Positions 62,411 through 64,000 of a DNA stretch of 64,000 nt are shown piece by piece (the stretch's first letter is position 1; every line of letters begins with the position of its first letter). The notes beneath the pieces were generated by a model. The model was not told the DNA's origin and searched no databases. It saw only the letters and a list, made by a program, of their open reading frames with translations. Origin of the DNA: Ascidiella aspersa (taxonomy: Eukaryota). The translations under genes and the position numbers were made by a program. Where the stretch lies: assembly GCA_963924565.1 (NCBI GenBank), contig OZ004611.1:21328001-21392000 (forward strand), in the 5' to 3' direction.

Positions 62411-64000
62411 GTGTACGATATGGCTTTCAGCCGAGCTGGTGGTGGCAGGAACATGTTTGCTGGTGCATATGGCTCTGTGCGTATGTTTGATTTAAGACAC
62501 CTAGAACACTCAACAATAATATATGAGGTTGGTGCTAAAAATTTAAAGTTTTTTCATGTGTTTCCACTACGGAATATGGCCCTTACACAAACACATAGTG
62601 TCGTCGAAAAAAGTTCTAAAAGCTTTTAATAGCATGAGAAGTGCACCGTTTTGAACAACAATCAGTAAGGTTTAAAACTTTCAATATTAATTTATAGTAA
62701 ATAAACTTTTTTATATTAAAAGTTATGCACCTTGCTGACTGATTGTTGTTCAAAGCGGCGCACTTCTCAAGCCATTAAAATATTTTAGAACTTTTTCTTT
62801 TAATTTAAACTTGTTTAATTCATTGCTTGGTAAAGACATTTTTTTTTTTTTTTTTTTTTTTTTAGTTACTTGGATACTGCTGCAATCAAACTTTTTTGAC
62901 AAGATGTTTTACTAACTCTTGACAAAACATTATCTGTTGAAGATTTGTTGCATTTTCACAGTTTGTGATCATGCCCATATTTTAACTCCCACCCTTTTAT
63001 TTTGTTTAGGACCCAGGACACCAACCCCTTCTGCGTCTATAATGGAATAAACAAGATTAAAACTACTTGGCAACCATGGCTATCGATGGAATGGAGGTAT
63101 TTGTTTTGTTCTTTATGGGCTCCCGCCACTGGTCAGGGCAAGTGGTTCACTTTTTTGCCAAGTTTAATGTCTTTATGTCCTGTGAGATCACAAAAATATT
63201 AGTTGAAGTGACTAAAATAAACTACCCAGTAATCACACCTTCTAGGACTAGCGTTCTCAAACTTGGGTCTGTAAGAGGTCTTTAAGGTAATTCTAGAGGG
63301 GGGGGCATGAAAGTATAATGGAAATCTTAGTGATTAATTTAAAATAAAAGGAATTTCCGGTTGGCACCTTCTAAAATGTATTTTAGACTGTATTTTATTT
63401 CACATTTGTTGAACTAAAAACAACAGGTTTTCTATGTCTACTTGTTTTATTAAGGTTGATTTATGAAATCATCTCTAAAAATTCCACACCAACCCTGGTC
63501 CACAATAAACAAAAAAATTAGGGGATCTGCGTTAGGAAAAGTGTAAGGCCACTGTTCCATAAAAATAATTTTAGTATTTATGATTCGTTAACGGTTATTC
63601 AGAACAAAACTAGAAGCCTACTGTTGAAAGACGTAAGTCGGCGTTTGGTTTTTGGTTCATTCGCTGTTGATTTTTAATCTAATTATTATTAACGCCATAA
63701 GTCATGAAAACGTTCTAACCCAAAAGTAGTAATATAAAAAATTCTGTCTTTACAGATAACTTGTAGTTGCACAAGCTGTCTGGCAATCGCATTTTCATTA
63801 ATATTATGGTTTTAGGTGATGTTTCTTGACGTGTGTGTGCCAAGCTCAACACCCCTTTAAACAATCCCAAACAACAACAGCCGTCACATGAGATTAAATA
63901 TTCCTAGCAATAGTGCATCCTATTTAAAAAAAAAAATTTTATTATATATCCCAAATTACACTTGTTCCAGAAGACGATCAGCGGGCGCTGATCTGGGAGA
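62411..64000 (+). pseudogene. DCAF7: Unprocessed DCAF7/WDR68 pseudogene fragments (exons ~62411-62527, 63011-63097, from ~63816, from ~63971)
   Basis: VYDMAFSRAGGGRNMFA-GAYGSVRMFDLRHLEHSTIIYE / DPGHQPLLRL*WNKQD*NYLATMAIDGME / VMFLDVCVP / DDQRALIW. Two in-frame stops, a small deletion, and the first acceptor reads TG instead of AG. Confidence 0.85.
62608..62795. mobile_element. Short foldback/MITE with ~60-bp inverted arms
   Basis: aaaagttctaaaa...tttgaacaacaatcagt mirrored by actgattgttgttcaaa...ttttagaactttt. Confidence 0.65.

Overview
AT-rich, intron-containing invertebrate animal DNA, probably a deuterostome or chordate and plausibly an ascidian; the species cannot be fixed from sequence alone. 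Genes left to right: single-exon CCA-adding enzyme TRNT1 (-); 4-exon PP1 glycogen-targeting subunit of the PPP1R3/CBM21 family (+); single-exon ARL16 (-); a ~34-kb DCLK3-like doublecortin kinase (+, ~16.4-50.2 kb); and a decayed intron-containing DCAF7/WDR68 pseudogene at the right end. The DCLK3-like locus appears to be built as 'variable 5' exons + constant region'. Five separate ATG-initiated 5' modules (129, 51, 10, 530 and 538 codons) all end in phase-1 GT donors compatible with one acceptor at 37441. The 15 constant exons encode a DCX domain, a long ER/K-rich helix and the kinase. RFX X-box-like motifs are scattered through the variable region. Mobile DNA includes: (1) a 2.1-kb non-coding LTR retroelement with an unusually extended tRNA-Trp PBS; (2) many MITEs; (3) a 7.1-kb foldback DNA element (GG termini, 8-bp TSD, Merlin-like). 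Its ~1.4-kb arms are built from 382-bp tandem units carrying CTCF-consensus motifs, it encloses two decayed Gypsy relics, and it interrupts a pogo-like DDE/PHD transposase pseudogene. All exon structures were derived by hand from GT-AG sites and frame continuity; none has transcript support here.
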